64,000 nt of DNA. It comes from Eledone cirrhosa. Its lineage: Eukaryota. This document shows, piece by piece, positions 40,895 through 54,853 of this stretch. The notes below the pieces were generated by a model that was not told the origin of the DNA, searched no databases, and worked only from the letters and a program-made list of their open reading frames with translations. A program made the position numbers and the translations under genes. Location: assembly GCA_964016885.1 (NCBI GenBank), contig OZ024752.1:10416001-10480000 (forward strand), read 5' to 3'. Positions within the stretch are counted from its first letter, which is position 1. Every line of letters begins with the position of its first letter.

Positions 40895-41140
40895 AGAGAG
40901 AGAGTGTGTGAATGTGCATGTGTGTGAATGTGTGTATGTATATGTGTGTGTATATGTGTATGTGTGTGTGTATGTGTGTGAATGTGTGTGTGTACATGTG
41001 TATGTATGTGAGCATGTGTGTATGTGTGTTGTGCAAGTGTACATATGTGTGAGTGCATGTGTGTGTGTGTGTGTGTGTGCATGTGTGTGTGTGCAAGTGT
41101 GCGTGTGTCCATGTGTGGGTGTTTCTATGTGTGTGTATCT
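40895..41140. repeat. Degenerate (TG)n
   Basis: Directly visible. Confidence 0.9.
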
Positions 41141-41502
41141 GCGAGAGATCGAACTCAGCATTCGGGGAGGTGTTAATCATTACAGTAAAACACGGCTCCG
41201 TAATGATTCAAGCTTTATTGGAAGATTTTAGCCTGTGACAAGAAATGTAAGCGACCTTTGAATTAAGCGTTGTGAAATTTGAAGTTTGAATAGTGAGCGT
41301 CCCAACGAAAATTCCCTTAATAATAGTTGATCATTTAAAATTGTATTTGAGAAGAGTACAGACTCTGCCGGGAAAACAGGGTGGCGGGGGCTTTAAGGAA
41401 TCGAATGACTGATCTGCTCAGATACCAACATGTTAATCAAGACGTTAAAGAGATACTTGCCGGTGAACATTTTCTGTTTTACGACTGTAACTATAACAGT
41501 GC

Positions 41503-42066
41503 GATACGAGGCCATAGTATCTAGAATAAGGACGGGCTGGAAGAAGTTTAGAGAGTTGCTTCCTCTGTTGACAAAGAAGGGGTTCTCCCTGCGTACGAAA
41601 GGCCGGTTATATGATGCATGTGTGAGATGCACGATGCTGCAAGGTAGTGAGACATTGGCAGCAACTGTGGAGGATATGCGACGACTGGAGGTAAATGAAG
41701 CGAGCCTGCCCCGATGGATGTGCAATGTCAATGTGCGTGAACGACCAAGCATAGACAAGTTGAGAGAAAACTGTGCATAAGAGGGATAAATTGTAGTGTG
41801 CAGGAGAGAAGACTGCATTGGTATGGACATGTGATGCGCATGGAGGATGAACACTGGCAAGAAATCCCAGTAGAAGGAAAATACAGTAGTAGAAGACCAC
41901 GAAAAGCATGGGCGGAGGTGGTGAGAGCAGATCTCAGATCGCTGAAGCTCACGGAGGAGATGACAAAGGACCGTTACGAATGGTGAGATGCGGAGCTTAA
42001 TAAGACCCCCCCCCCCCCACGCTTGCAAGCAGGGAAAAGCAGACATAAAATGATGATGATGATGAT
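41503..42066 (+). mobile_element. RTE LINE, 5'-truncated 3' end
   Basis: RIRTGWKKFRELLPLL...KGRLYDACVR..ML-GSET...RWMC...RRLHWYGHVMRM...RPRKAWAEVV, then a (TGA)n tail. Confidence 0.9.
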
Positions 42067-42401
42067 TACTATAAACTATTCTATGTGTATGCACATATTT
42101 GTCTCCTGTGCGTCTCCAGTTACAATTAGAGAAATCTGAATTGTGTCAAACTGGGTGGGTATCTCTTGATTCGAATACAAGTAAATTAACATTGTTAATT
42201 ATTCCACCTCGTAGAATATAATTTCGTTAATTTCCGAATCAATTCTGCAGATGTGTTAATGAAATTAGATGATCAGGGACTTGTAACTGATTCTATCCAT
42301 TTCTACCCCAGAGATGACAACACAATATATACACCACTTAATAAGTTATAGACTAAACGGATATAACTAAAAATACTTAAAATATCTGTCTGTTCGCCAT
42401 T

Positions 42402-43167
42402 AGGGCGGTGGATTGTCAGTATCGGTGGAAGGGCAGACGCCATGCTTTGACGCATGGAATTACGGCCCTTGCCATTCTGAGTTCAAATCCCGCCGAGATT
42501 AACTTTACCTTTCATCCTTACGGGGTCGATAACATAAAGTACCAGTAATTTACTGGTTAATTGCTGGCCTTGTGCCAATAGTAGAAACAATGATGTTACG
42601 TAAACGGCGGTGGATTGCCAGTATCGGTAGAAGGCCGGACGCCATGCTTTCCAGCATAGAGTTACGCCCCTTTAGGGTCCGAGTTCAAATCTCGCCGAGG
42701 TTATCTTTACCTTTCATCCGTACCGGGTCGATAAAATAAAGTACTAGTAATGCATTGGGATAATTGCTGGCCTTGTGCTAAAAGTAGAAACAATTATTTT
42801 ATATAAACCATTGGCTGTGGATTGACACTATCGGTGGAGTGTCGGACGACATGGTTCGCACCATAAAGTTATGCCTCTTTACGTTTTGTGTTCGAATCCC
42901 ACCGAGGTTGGCCTTCCCTTTCATCCTTACAGGGTCTATAAAATAAAGTACCGGCAGAGCATTGGGGGTCGATTTAATCGAATTTCCTCTCCCCTAAAAT
43001 CGTTGGCCATGTGCCTATCACAGAAATCATTATGTTATAAAAGCCATTCTGAGTTCAAATCCCGCCGAGGTTAAACTTTGCCTTTCATCCTTACGGGGTC
43101 GATAAAATAAAGTACCAGTAATGTACTAGGAAAATTGCTGGCCTTGTGCAATAGTACAAACAATTAT
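42402..43167 (+). mobile_element. Four head-to-tail SINE family 1 copies
   Basis: 42402-42590, 42605-42797, 42813-43035 (long form) and 43040-43167 (truncated). Confidence 0.88.
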
Positions 43168-43959
43168 GTTATATAAACCATACTAAAGTGATTTTAAACA
43201 GAAAATAAGGTCTAATTAACTGCTTCATTTTCTGCCACATTATTTTCATTTAAATTTCACACGTGGCTTTCTTGAATACACATCTTCATTATGAAAATGA
43301 CTGCCTGATAGAAAAATCCTATTTTACAAGGGAGTATTTTGTGTTAGAAAATTAGATTGTATGGCGCTAATACATATAGATTTAGGAGATTCTTTGCTCC
43401 GGTGAGACAATTAAAGTATGCTGTAAATCAGAAACTGTAAATATTTAATTTCATGTGTCTAAGGTAGACTTCAAATAGTTTACGAAGATATAAAATCGAT
43501 CGTTGAGTCATTTATTTATTTTCCTAACAATATTAGCCACGTAATTGAAAGAAATAAATCTCATGACGTCTATCTCTGCAATCTTTCCTTTAGTCCCAAT
43601 AAATATATTTGCTATTGTTTTCATTAAGTCGGTAATTTATTTGAAAAACTGCTACAGTATATGCGAGTAAACATTTTTTTCGTACCATTCTTACGTTTTA
43701 TGTTAGCAATCTTTTATGAAAATGAAGATATCTGAGAGTCCCAGAGCTCCAGCTTTCCTGAGATATAGACTTTATGAGGTTTTGTAAATTATATCGATAC
43801 CCATTAATTTGTCTGGTATATTTATTAACAAGATTAGAAGAAGACAAAACCTTATACGAACGGCGTGTAAGATATTTCCCTGTAACATGTGCAACCGCTA
43901 CCATGGTGCGCAGATATATTCATATACATATATCCAAGGACATGTATACTACATACCTA

Positions 43960-44800
43960 AATAGACATGCATATATACAAGGATATGTATACATACATGC
44001 ATTAATATACATGCATTCACACACACATACATACATAAATAAATACATGCGTATATTCAAGGATATGTATACATACATGCATGCATATACATACATTCAC
44101 ACACATACATGAATAAATACATGCGTATATACAAGGACATGTATATATACATGCATGCATATGCATACATACATTCACATACATACATACATAAATAATT
44201 ACATGCGTATATACAAGGAAATGTATGCATACATGCATGCATATACATACATTCACACACGCGTACATACAAAAATACATGCGTATATACAAGGATATGT
44301 ATACATACATGCATGCATATACATACATTCACACACATACATACATAAATAAATACATGCGTATATACAAGGATATGTATACATACATGCATGCATATAC
44401 ATACATTCACACATACATACATAAATACATGCGTATATACAAGGATATGTATACATACATGCATGCATATACATACATTCACACACACATACATAAATAA
44501 ATACATGCGTATATACAAGGATATGTATACATACATGCATGCATATACATACATTCACACACATACATACATACATAAATAAATACATGCGTATATACAA
44601 GGATATGTATACATACATGCATACATATACATACATTCACACACGCGTACATACATAAATACATGAGTATATACAAGGATATATATACATACATGCATAT
44701 ACATATCCACACATGCATGCATACATACATACATACATACATACATACATACATACATACATACATACATACATACATACATACATAAATACATACATGC
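43960..44800. repeat. ~60-70 bp minisatellite (about 11 units) ending in (ATAC)n
   Basis: Unit aaatacatgcgtatatacaaggatatgtatacatacatgcatgcatatacatacattcacacacatacat. Confidence 0.9.
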
Positions 44801-44849
44801 TTATATAAATATTCATGACAAACAGGCATTGCGCATCATAGTGTATAGT

Positions 44850-44985
44850 GGCCGAGCTCCTCCTTAAGATCGGAACGTAAGCAGCCCGCCTGAGGAAGGA
44901 CCCACACGAGATGGGATGGCTATTGCTGCGGGTGTCGCCAGCCATTTTGCCCGGAAATGCATTGGCCATCTTGTCCGATGGATAC
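44850..44985 (+). mobile_element. CRE-like REL fragment, second subfamily
   Basis: AELLLKIGT*AARLRKDPHEMGWLLLRVSPAILPGNALAILS parallels the other copies at protein level; another short piece lies at 45382-45450. Confidence 0.6.
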
Positions 44986-45536
44986 AATATCATCACCGCG
45001 CCCTACGAACAGAGCCGCTTACCCTACCCATTCCCCCTTCACGTTCACTTTCTTCAGTGGCCCAAGTGTCCTTGCGTTTCAGTGTCCCCTCGTTTTCCTC
45101 TTATTTATGGATTTCATAGTCCTTTCCTCTAACTTCCCATACAGCCAGATCTGCTCTTCCCTACCCCTTCTCCATTATCTCTTTACTTAATTTTGCTCTT
45201 TACTAAATTTATTCATCTTTTGGAAATAAAATTCTGTGTCCTGAATTTTTCAATGTACGATACATATTTTGAAAAAGAGAGCATGATGTGTTTAAAGGAA
45301 TATTTATTATATAATTACTATATTAATTATTGCTTATCCTCACGTAGAAAGTATATATACATTTTAAAATCAAGTAATGCACCATCCTTCGAGGAAACGC
45401 CTTCTCTATTATGTCTGCGAGGGCTGCAGTGCGGCCTACGCATGGGCACCTATTTGCTTTTAATAGCGAGAGATGAGGAGCGCAGGAGAAACGGAGGCAG
45501 TGACAGTGGAAGTTCTGTTCCATAGTGTTCGGACCT

Positions 45537-45573
<37 letters not shown>

Positions 45574-45654
45574 CAGATTAAAGTTTAAGCAAAAATCACT
45601 GCTTTTACCCTGATCGAGCCCTCTTCGGGTTTTAGTCTTCACATTTATTATTAT

Positions 45655-45728
<74 letters not shown>

Positions 45729-47099
45729 GAGATAACAAATTATTGTTATAGGTAGTCCACTTAGGTGTAGTCCAGTTAGGGTACTCCGAGTAGTGGATAG
45801 TATTAACGCTTGGCTAAGTTTGACTCAACAAGACGTTTCCATAGTGATGCTGCGTGTACGCGGTGATTTCTATTTGGTTTACACTTGGAGTAATAATAAA
45901 TCAAGAAAGAAAAGTGACATCGCTTGCTATACAATAAGTGCTTTATTCACATTGCTGACAATTGTTTCTCTGTACTGGTAGGTCTAGAGATCGCTACTCG
46001 CCTATTTTTGCTCAATCGATCACCAAGACTTCTGTTATAACCAGTTAATTCATCAGAGCATTCTTGATTTATATATATATATATATATATATAGTAATAA
46101 TAATAAATGTGAAGACTAAAATCCGAAGAGGGCTCGATAAGGATAATATATATATCAAATATATAAAAACCATAGATCAAATATTTAATATATATTATAT
46201 ATATATTTACCATTCTTTAGATTGAAACAGAATTAAATATCAAACTTTGCCACTAGTCTTGTTATTGTGAGAAGATGAGAAGATATGTATTATTGTCCTA
46301 AATCCCCAGAAAGTTATGTTATATTTAGATATGTTTATTTTTATTTAAATTAACAATTGAAGTGATGTATACCAAGTATTAAATATTTGTATAGTACGGA
46401 ACATAGGTCACTTGAGGTTTTAACTGGTTCATCAAGTTTTCATACTATTAATTGCAAGCGATTATCATCTATTGTCGAGTGTGAAAGATATATTGAATAA
46501 TAATATATTGTATACATATACTGCATATAGTTCTGTGGTAGTCCTGGATTTTCGTTAGTTAGAATCCATTTCTGTTATCTATTAATTTTCATGAATTACA
46601 TTCCCTATGGCTTAAACTCTTAGTGAAATATTTTTCTTTCCAACCAAAATGAATTAACTATTGTTTTTGAAGGAATTGTCAAGCGACTTTAATGCGCTTG
46701 CTAATATCAAATGTGGCAAGAGGAAATTGAAAAGTATTCAACCGACAATTAATATTACGTCACGCTCTCAGCGTGCACGTGAGCTTATTTCTCGCTCTAA
46801 GACACTTGTCACACTCCTTTTTGAAATATTGGTTTTAATTTATTTTAGTAAAGGATATCGGCAGAAGATGGATGATACTGTAGTCAACAGAATACTGATA
46901 TATTTAGATATATTTCTGTGGGTTTTCAGATCATTTCTTCAACATTACATAGTTGCCTTTCCCAATTTTACATTTAATATAAGTAGTGATCATCTAAGAG
47001 GAAGATTATCTATAATAATTGTACTTTCCTGAGGCAAATACGACATTTATGTATCTTCGCAAACAATAAATAACATGGTTATCATTTAAGATGTAACAT

Positions 47100-48000
47100 A
47101 ATGTATGTAAATTTCCTCACATCTGATAGTTAGTCGCTTCTGTACATTTTTAGGGGTACAATACTATATGAAAAAACATCTGCTGTCGAGCTCTCCTGAG
47201 AGTTTCCTACTACTTTCCAGTGTTTTTACTGATGCAATAATAACTATCACGCAACATGTACCTGTTTTATATCCTATGATGATTATATTCTATGATGATT
47301 ATATTCTATGATGATATCTGGTTATTGTTATTCATCTATCACAGGCGTATTTCACAGAATTGATACGTTGCCATTTTCCGTGACAGTCTTTCGTTAATGT
47401 CCGCACCTTTTGCCGGCGGTTTGGATGGATGCCATGAGAGAGCTAGAGCAAAGGTTCCCAACGTCGGGCTATGTAACTACTATGTAACCCTCTGCAGCTC
47501 ATGTATGTGTTTATCTTGTTCTCTGTTTATATTTCTCTACCTTCGCATCTTTGGTTTCTTGACTGTAGTCTTAATTTCCTGTTCAGGAATTCAGGCCCGA
47601 GAAGTGCATATTGGGTGTGGTGGAAGTAGCTCTTCAAACCATTGAATGCTGTTTTGTATGGAACTTCCAGTTGTAAGAGTAATCACCCACCATCATATAT
47701 ACCCTCTTCACGTCAGCTGTACGGCGGTACATTTTCACTGTTGTTGATAGCTTTCTAGCCTTAATGTCTATCCTTTATAACTTCCGCCTGTTACCACAGT
47801 AATTGATAGGTTGTTCATGGCTTTGGACGTGTAACAATTTAGCTCACCTTTTGTTAACTGTTTCACAGATTCTATGTATAACTTCCGTATGTTTTCATTT
47901 CTGCTTGCATGCCGGATTCCATCTCCTTCATTAACGTCAAGATATTTGTAAAACTCTTCATTGTTCAGTTTCTTTATGGTATGTTGTCCCACGTGAGAGG
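47100..48000 (-). pseudogene. Decayed R4/Dong-type LINE RT fragment
   Basis: IKKLNNEEFYKYLDVNEGDGIRH..ENIRK..ELN..AMNNLSITVVT (cf. YKYLG..EG-GI-H..KEKIRKEY..ELN..AIN-LAIPVVTY), then KMYRRTADVKRVY (cf. MHHPKADVERLY). Confidence 0.7.
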
Positions 48001-48619
48001 GAGATCGCCATAGACGAGAAAAGAACTCATCTGTTATGATCAAGCAAGAAAAACCGAAAAGGTCTTAGATCTTAGTTGCCTGCCGAATTGAGGGTTTTAC
48101 AGTTGAGAGTGGAACATCTCCTGATGGGGCCCACCAGTGCATTTTGTTTTCAGAAAAAAGGAAACACAGCATATAGCCGGGTCTCAATATTAAGAGTAAC
48201 ATGTAAGAACACCGCAAAAAGCACCAATAACAAAATGAACCACAGCAGCAACACCAGAGTTGGTAGACTCAGAAATAACAAACGTGGCAGGAATAGTCAA
48301 ATACAGAAGCAATTCTACCAACAGCAGTACCACCAGCAACACACAAGTGTACGTGTACTGAATATGTTTTGAATAAAGTTTGAACGTGTCCGTGGTTGCT
48401 ACCATACAGAGCAAATATAAGATCCTGTAATACCGTATTAACTAACAATGATTTTTCTCCATTTTCTTTCGTTCTCAAAGTAGTTATCCTTAAGAATAAT
48501 GCATTTTCTTTCGCTTTGCTTTTAATTTCAAATGCTGATATATAATTTAATACTTGCATATAAATTTGCTTAATATGCACTTAGTGATTATATATATATT
48601 ATATATATATATATATACA

Positions 48620-48735
48620 CAAGAATCAACGTTACATTAAAACAATTATTCGCTGACAATTATTTCTTCCAAACCTATGCTTGTAGTCTTCGGAGCATGT
48701 TTAATGTTTGTACATATAATTATACACATACAGAT

Positions 48736-48800
<65 letters not shown>

Positions 48801-49920
48801 GTACAACAGTTTCATGTTTACAGTGTGGAATTGATGCGACATATATTATAATATATTTGTACAATAATTCAAATTAAGATTAAAATCAAAATTAAAATTA
48901 AATTCAGACACAAGATTCAAAGCATATGGTGGCAGATAATACAGATAATACAAGTACCATAGTCTTATAAATAAAAACACCATTAAAATCTCCTGCTCTA
49001 CCACACCTAACATAGCATACCATGTAGCTAGTAGTAATAAAAGAAAGATTAATACTTATTTTCAACAAACTAAAACACAGCAGGGGGTAAACTTACAAAA
49101 CAACATAATAACTACAAACCCTAATAACAATAGTAATAATAGAAATAACACTAATGAAATCAATAACAATAGGAACGACAACCATCATAGCCCTAATGCA
49201 ATAGCTAGCAACCAGACTTTTACACAACATAATAACCGACAAGATAACATCCAAAATAAATGTAACTCTAGATCAAATAGAACCTGCCCTTTAGGTAACA
49301 ACTGCTTAATCAAGGGCATCATTTAGTCATGCACGGTCAACACTAACAACTCTTCTAAAACCTATATAGGCTCTACTTGATACATGTGCTTGCTCCATCC
49401 CTTTATGTATGACGAACGCATATACTATCTCTTTAATTTGATTATTAGACTGATCTCTTGTATTATCTGTATTATCTGCCACCATATGCTTTTAATCTTG
49501 TTTTTGAATTTAAATTTAATTTTGATTTTAATCTTAATTTGAATTATTGTACAAATATATTATAATATATGTCGCATCAATTCCACACTGTAAACATGAA
49601 ACTGTTGTACACAACATCAATATATATATATATATATATATATCTGTATGTTTCTTCGGTTGAGTAGGAGGCCAATTATATGTACAAACATTAAACATGC
49701 TCCAAAGACGCCAAGCCTAGGTTTGGAAGAAACAATTGTCAGCGAATAAATGTATTAACATAACTGTGATGCTTGTGTATTCTATATTACTGCTCTGTAA
49801 AACAACTGATGCTCTTACATTGAGCTATTTATCTTACTGGTAATAAGGTAGTAATAAACTACTAACCTTCCCTGTTTATAGCTGTTTATAGTATAGTATA
49901 TACATAACTATAAATAGTAT
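48620..49920 (+). mobile_element. Truncated Penelope-like element: inverted pseudo-LTR, ORF fragment, pseudo-LTR
   Basis: 48620-48952 is inverted relative to 49457-49780. The enclosed fragment reads KYHSLINKNTIKISCSTTPNI...CNSRSNRTCPLGNNCLIKGII*SCTV..KTYIGST (PLE linker and GIY-YIG start). HHR-like motifs at 48651-48697 (-) and 49698-49744 (+). Confidence 0.8.
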
Positions 49921-50490
49921 ATTTAATATTATATATATATATATTTAATACATTAACAGAGAAAGCTATATAGAATACTCCGAACGACTTCCGTCTCACT
50001 CAACAAACATTAGGATATACCTTAGTATAATCCCCATTATACGTTTGGGGTGCTAACTATACGTATTTTGCGGATAGCCAGTTGTATTATTTTATATGAG
50101 ACATAATTAAATACATCTCTCTTTCCAAACGATCGTTTCATTATACGTTTTCTACAAGTTGGGAAAATAATGTCCAAGTTATGTAGAAGCCTACACATAG
50201 TCTATAGGAATATATGTAGGAGGGCACTTATAAATCATCAGTGGATGCCCAACAATATCGATATAAAAAAAAACCCTACCGATATTAACATTCAGCGATG
50301 GTCCCGTCAGTGTTAGGGTGACCGCCAAATTTGAAATTCTAGCAGTCTCACAAAGAGAAATCTCACACCGCCACCAAGCGGGAAGGAAAGGTCATCGCAA
50401 AACATAAAAGGATAAAATAATATGCACCCAGGTCAATTAATTCTGTCAAGAATGTTAACCATGTGTGAAGAAATCAATTGGATATATATA

Positions 50491-50574
<84 letters not shown>

Positions 50575-50599
50575 GGCGGGTAGAAAAGGCGAAACGAAA

Positions 50600-50639
<40 letters not shown>

Positions 50640-50641
50640 AA

Positions 50642-50978
50642 TGGAGGCACATGGCTTAGTGGTTAAAGCATTGGCCTTGCAATCGAAGGGTTGTGAGTTC
50701 AATTCTTAGACCGGGTGATGCGTTGTTTCCTTGAGCAAGACACTTTATTTCACATTGCTCCAGTTTACTCAGCTGTAGAAATGAGATGATAGGGACTGGG
50801 GTCCCTATCATTCCACTGCAAAGTGGTCGTGGAGGTGCCACGGCAAAAAAGCACCCAGCACTCACTGTAAATGAGGTTGATGTTAGGAAGGGCATCCAGC
50901 TGTAGAAATCAAGCCAGAATCAGTTCCCGTCCCACCCTTGCAAGCAGGGAAAAAGCGGACTTAAAATGAAATGAATGA
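50642..50978 (+). mobile_element. SINE family 2 variant with Meta-like segment and RTE-derived tail
   Basis: tRNA head, core ccttgagcaagacactttatttcac, segment gttaggaagggcatccagctgtagaa, and tail cttgcaagcagggaaaaagcggacttaaaatga matching the RTE 3' end. Confidence 0.8.
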
Positions 50979-51749
50979 AATTATATATATATATATATAT
51001 ATATATTTATGTATTTCCTGGACCTTTCCGACGGAATTACTTCATTTATATATATATATATATATATATATACATTTGTACTTTCAATTTGATTTGTTTC
51101 TATTTCTTAACAATCACATTAGAACGCTGTAAACTGCAAGGGTTACAGGAAACGGTTGGTGATTATATTGAATTCATACGGAAATATCTTCTCATAGATT
51201 CTACATAACATGTTGAACAATGAAGGAATCATACTAATGAAAACTTAGAAATCAAACATATTGTATTCTAGCTGTTTATATCGAAGCCATATCCAGATGT
51301 CTGCTATAGGTAAATACGCTACACAGTCAAAATAAACAGTACAAATGTAGCCAGGAGAGATAAAACTCCGACAATATATATGTCAATAATTTATATTGTT
51401 AATCACCTAGACAACAACATTTTTTGTGTATTTTTCGTAGTGTCATATCGATTAATTTCTATAGTATACCTTACCAACTTCCCCCATTACCATAGGTTGA
51501 AATCAGATCTGATGTATGATTTTCCTATTTTCTGTATATCATCAGGTGAGATATATATTTAAACTTTATCACTTGTGACGTTCATATTCTACCTAATTTT
51601 ATGCAAAATAACTAACAGCGCCGTCAAGTGTGTGCAATTATTCTATTTAACATACACGCTATATATGTTACACATAAATACACATTTTTATTCCTGTCTG
51701 GAATATTACATACGATAAAAGAATAAAGCATAACATTTTGTATTTATAA

Positions 51750-51930
51750 TTAGTTCGCAGCATTGAGTTACGGTTATTTATGTCCTGAGTTGAAATCCAG
51801 CTGAGGTTATCTTTGCTTTTCATCCATACGGATCGATAAATAAAGTCCCAGTAATACACTGGAGTCGATTTAATCGACTATCTCCTCCCCTTCAAATTGC
51901 TAGCAATGTGTCTAAAGTAGAAACAATTAT
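51750..51930 (+). mobile_element. SINE family 1 (long form)
   Basis: Consensus core plus gtcgatttaatcgac. Confidence 0.75.
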
Positions 51931-53297
51931 ATTTCATCGGTCATTGTAAAAGTCAACTATGTCGTGATTTTACGTCTTGTTTTTAAGTAATACTTTGCAT
52001 TTACGGAGCTCCCTACAGGAAATTATACATGGTTTCCTATGGTTTTCTAATACTTTATATATATATATAGAGAGAATAAGGAGGCTATGTAGTTGCTAGT
52101 TAAGGTAGGTTCAAAAATAGGAATAAGAATAAGAAGAAAGCAAGAACGGGGGGGGGGGGATTTCCTCATCTGTTATCTACTGGGAGTCTCTGATATTTCA
52201 AAGCTTAAAGACAATATATCTACCCCTACAGCGTTCAATAACTGGGTAAGTTATTGGGAAAAAGGAGAAGGGAGGGAAGGAAAATCGAAGGGAAAGGGAA
52301 AAAAGGGAATAAAAGAGAAAAACAGCGAAAAAAACAACAAACTGGAGAATGTGCGAGTCACTTGAAAAAATAGTGTGTGTGTGTGTGTGTGTGTGTGTTA
52401 GAAATTTCAATTAGTTTAGTTTAACAACACTAGTTTGCTTACTGATTTGGGTAGATATGAAGTGAAGTCTCTGATTTATTTATGTGGTAATAAGTTTTAT
52501 TTCCATATGTTAAACCAAGTATGATCTGCAAGTAATTATTTCATTTGTACCTTAGAAAATATGTTTCACGGACACGATCAAAGACTAAAATATTTGTTTT
52601 ACATAGTAAAAATTCCGCAAAAGATTGTTTTCTATTAAACTTGAGCGCGTAAATATGCGAAAGTATTTTTTTTTTTTTTTTTCATTTTTGGTTACTGTGT
52701 TACATATGTTAACAGTAACTTAACTATATTAGTGAGCCGACCATTATGTTAGCATTGTTAGACATCAAACTATGGCATAAATTCATGCCTCAAAGCCTCA
52801 CTGTTTAATATTTATTGAACTTTTCGAATATTTTGCATTACTATTTCAAGACACACTTATATACTCGAATCACAAACAAGCTAACATTCCAATTATACTA
52901 AGCTAGTTGTTACCCATAGCGTTATTCATGGTGGAAATATATTGCCAGATACAACTAAATTCCGATTGCGATTTAGGATGCTGTCTGCCTCTATGTTTGT
53001 TTATATCACTTCTATAATACAAATGCCTGTAAACAGTTTTTTTCCTTTCTAATATTCAACACAAATTATTATTCTTCGTTCTGATTCATAATCAAACAAC
53101 AACAACGTTGTCCCATGTTAGCCGGCGGCTACATAATACAATATCTATGTTAAAAAAATATATATATTCTATGATGGATGACACCCTATGTAAAAGATAA
53201 AAGGTAAAATGATGGTATATGAAATAGTTTCAAAATAATGGTGCAGGCGATTATCTAAGTAGTTACTGTCATGTAACTCTACCCTAATTTAATGTAA

Positions 53298-53478
<181 letters not shown>

Positions 53479-54679
53479 GGGGGAAATGGAACGTAGATTC
53501 AGAGAAAATCTGTTTAAATTATATATGATACATTCATAATATATCCCACCTATATGGAACACTTCGTAAAGCATATACGCATAGCATTTCAGTTATCCAA
53601 GGGAGACATTTAATAGATATATTCTCAAATATCTGTTTTGGTTGAAGAATAGCTGGAATTAATGGATACATGAAGAGAGATGCTGCTTTCAGCGACGGCA
53701 TCAGAACAAATCTTTGTTGCAGTCTATTTCCTATCACATTTGGAGTATGTCGTCTTCAGTCACTCAGGTGTGCTATATCTCCAAGAGGCTCAATGCTGTG
53801 ACACATTATCCACCTTCAACTTTGTCCCTTCAGCTACAAACCCAGGTACTGCTACCCATAAAGATACTGTTTGTGTTCTCCATCACGAAACTGTTGCATT
53901 CCCTAGCGAAATTGGAATGAATGTATTGCGCCTAAGAACGGGGCCCATGAGAGTGCATGTCGGATGTAGCGGGTATCTGACTATTATCCGTGTTAATGCC
54001 TTTACCATTTCCTCCATGGGCCCCATATTTTTATCCGAGATATTTCGCGTCAGTCTACCCTGCATTAGATTTCAAAATCCGGGCCGATAATCAACTTATA
54101 TATAATTGCTGTTCCTTGAGCATAGAATATTATTTTCTAGTGTGCATTGAACTATGGTATCATAGTAACAAGTGCTTAATTATACAATGTTTTTCCAAAT
54201 AATATAAGAATAATATTCGATATAGTATGGTTAAAGTTTCGAAGTTATATTAATATATTTTCAATTAAAAATAGCCTGTTAAAATACGGCAACAAGAGAG
54301 AAAATAATCTATAATACAGCACCTAACTTTTCCTGAAATAATATATAGATGTCCAGTCGAAGAATAAATTGCATACACGCTGGCAGATCACTTTAACTTC
54401 AAATGGACAACATTTCATTATTGATGGTTGCAGCTTAATACAGCACACTGGAACACACTCAATGGCTTCAGAGATATAAAGGCATATATCGGAAGTAATA
54501 TACCTTCCATTCGTCAAACCAAAAGTAGAATCTGTAAATTATTCTTAACACTAATTAAGTATTCATTGATTACACAAATTGTTAGACTAACTTAATTAAA
54601 TGGAGTGAACTGAAAACAGATAAACATTGAGATCAAAACCTTTTCGGCTCACATAAATACTATTGTATCTGTTTTAGTT

Positions 54680-54853
54680 GATTGGTAATATTTGTCGAGG
54701 ACCGGACGCTATGCTTTGCAGCAGAGTGTTACGGCCTTTTACAGTCCCAGTTCAAATCCCGCCGAGGTTAACTTTGCCTTTCATCCTTACGGGGTCGATA
54801 AAAAAAAGTACTAGCAATGCACAGTAATTGCTGTCTGTGTGCCAAAGGTAGAA
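54680..54853 (+). mobile_element. SINE family 1
   Basis: Consensus core. Confidence 0.78.

Noticed and set aside
50642-50715. tRNA gene
   Set aside because: A/B-box-like head continues into a SINE body with no acceptor stem.
53480-54090. 136-aa + strand ORF
   Set aside because: No motifs. The minus strand has faint KYLG/KA-NT remnants suggesting a very old LINE, too weak to call.
54323-54540. Possible host exon (Cys-rich minus-strand ORF after a tttacag acceptor-like site)
   Set aside because: No recognisable protein family or partner exons; needs RNA-seq or BLAST.
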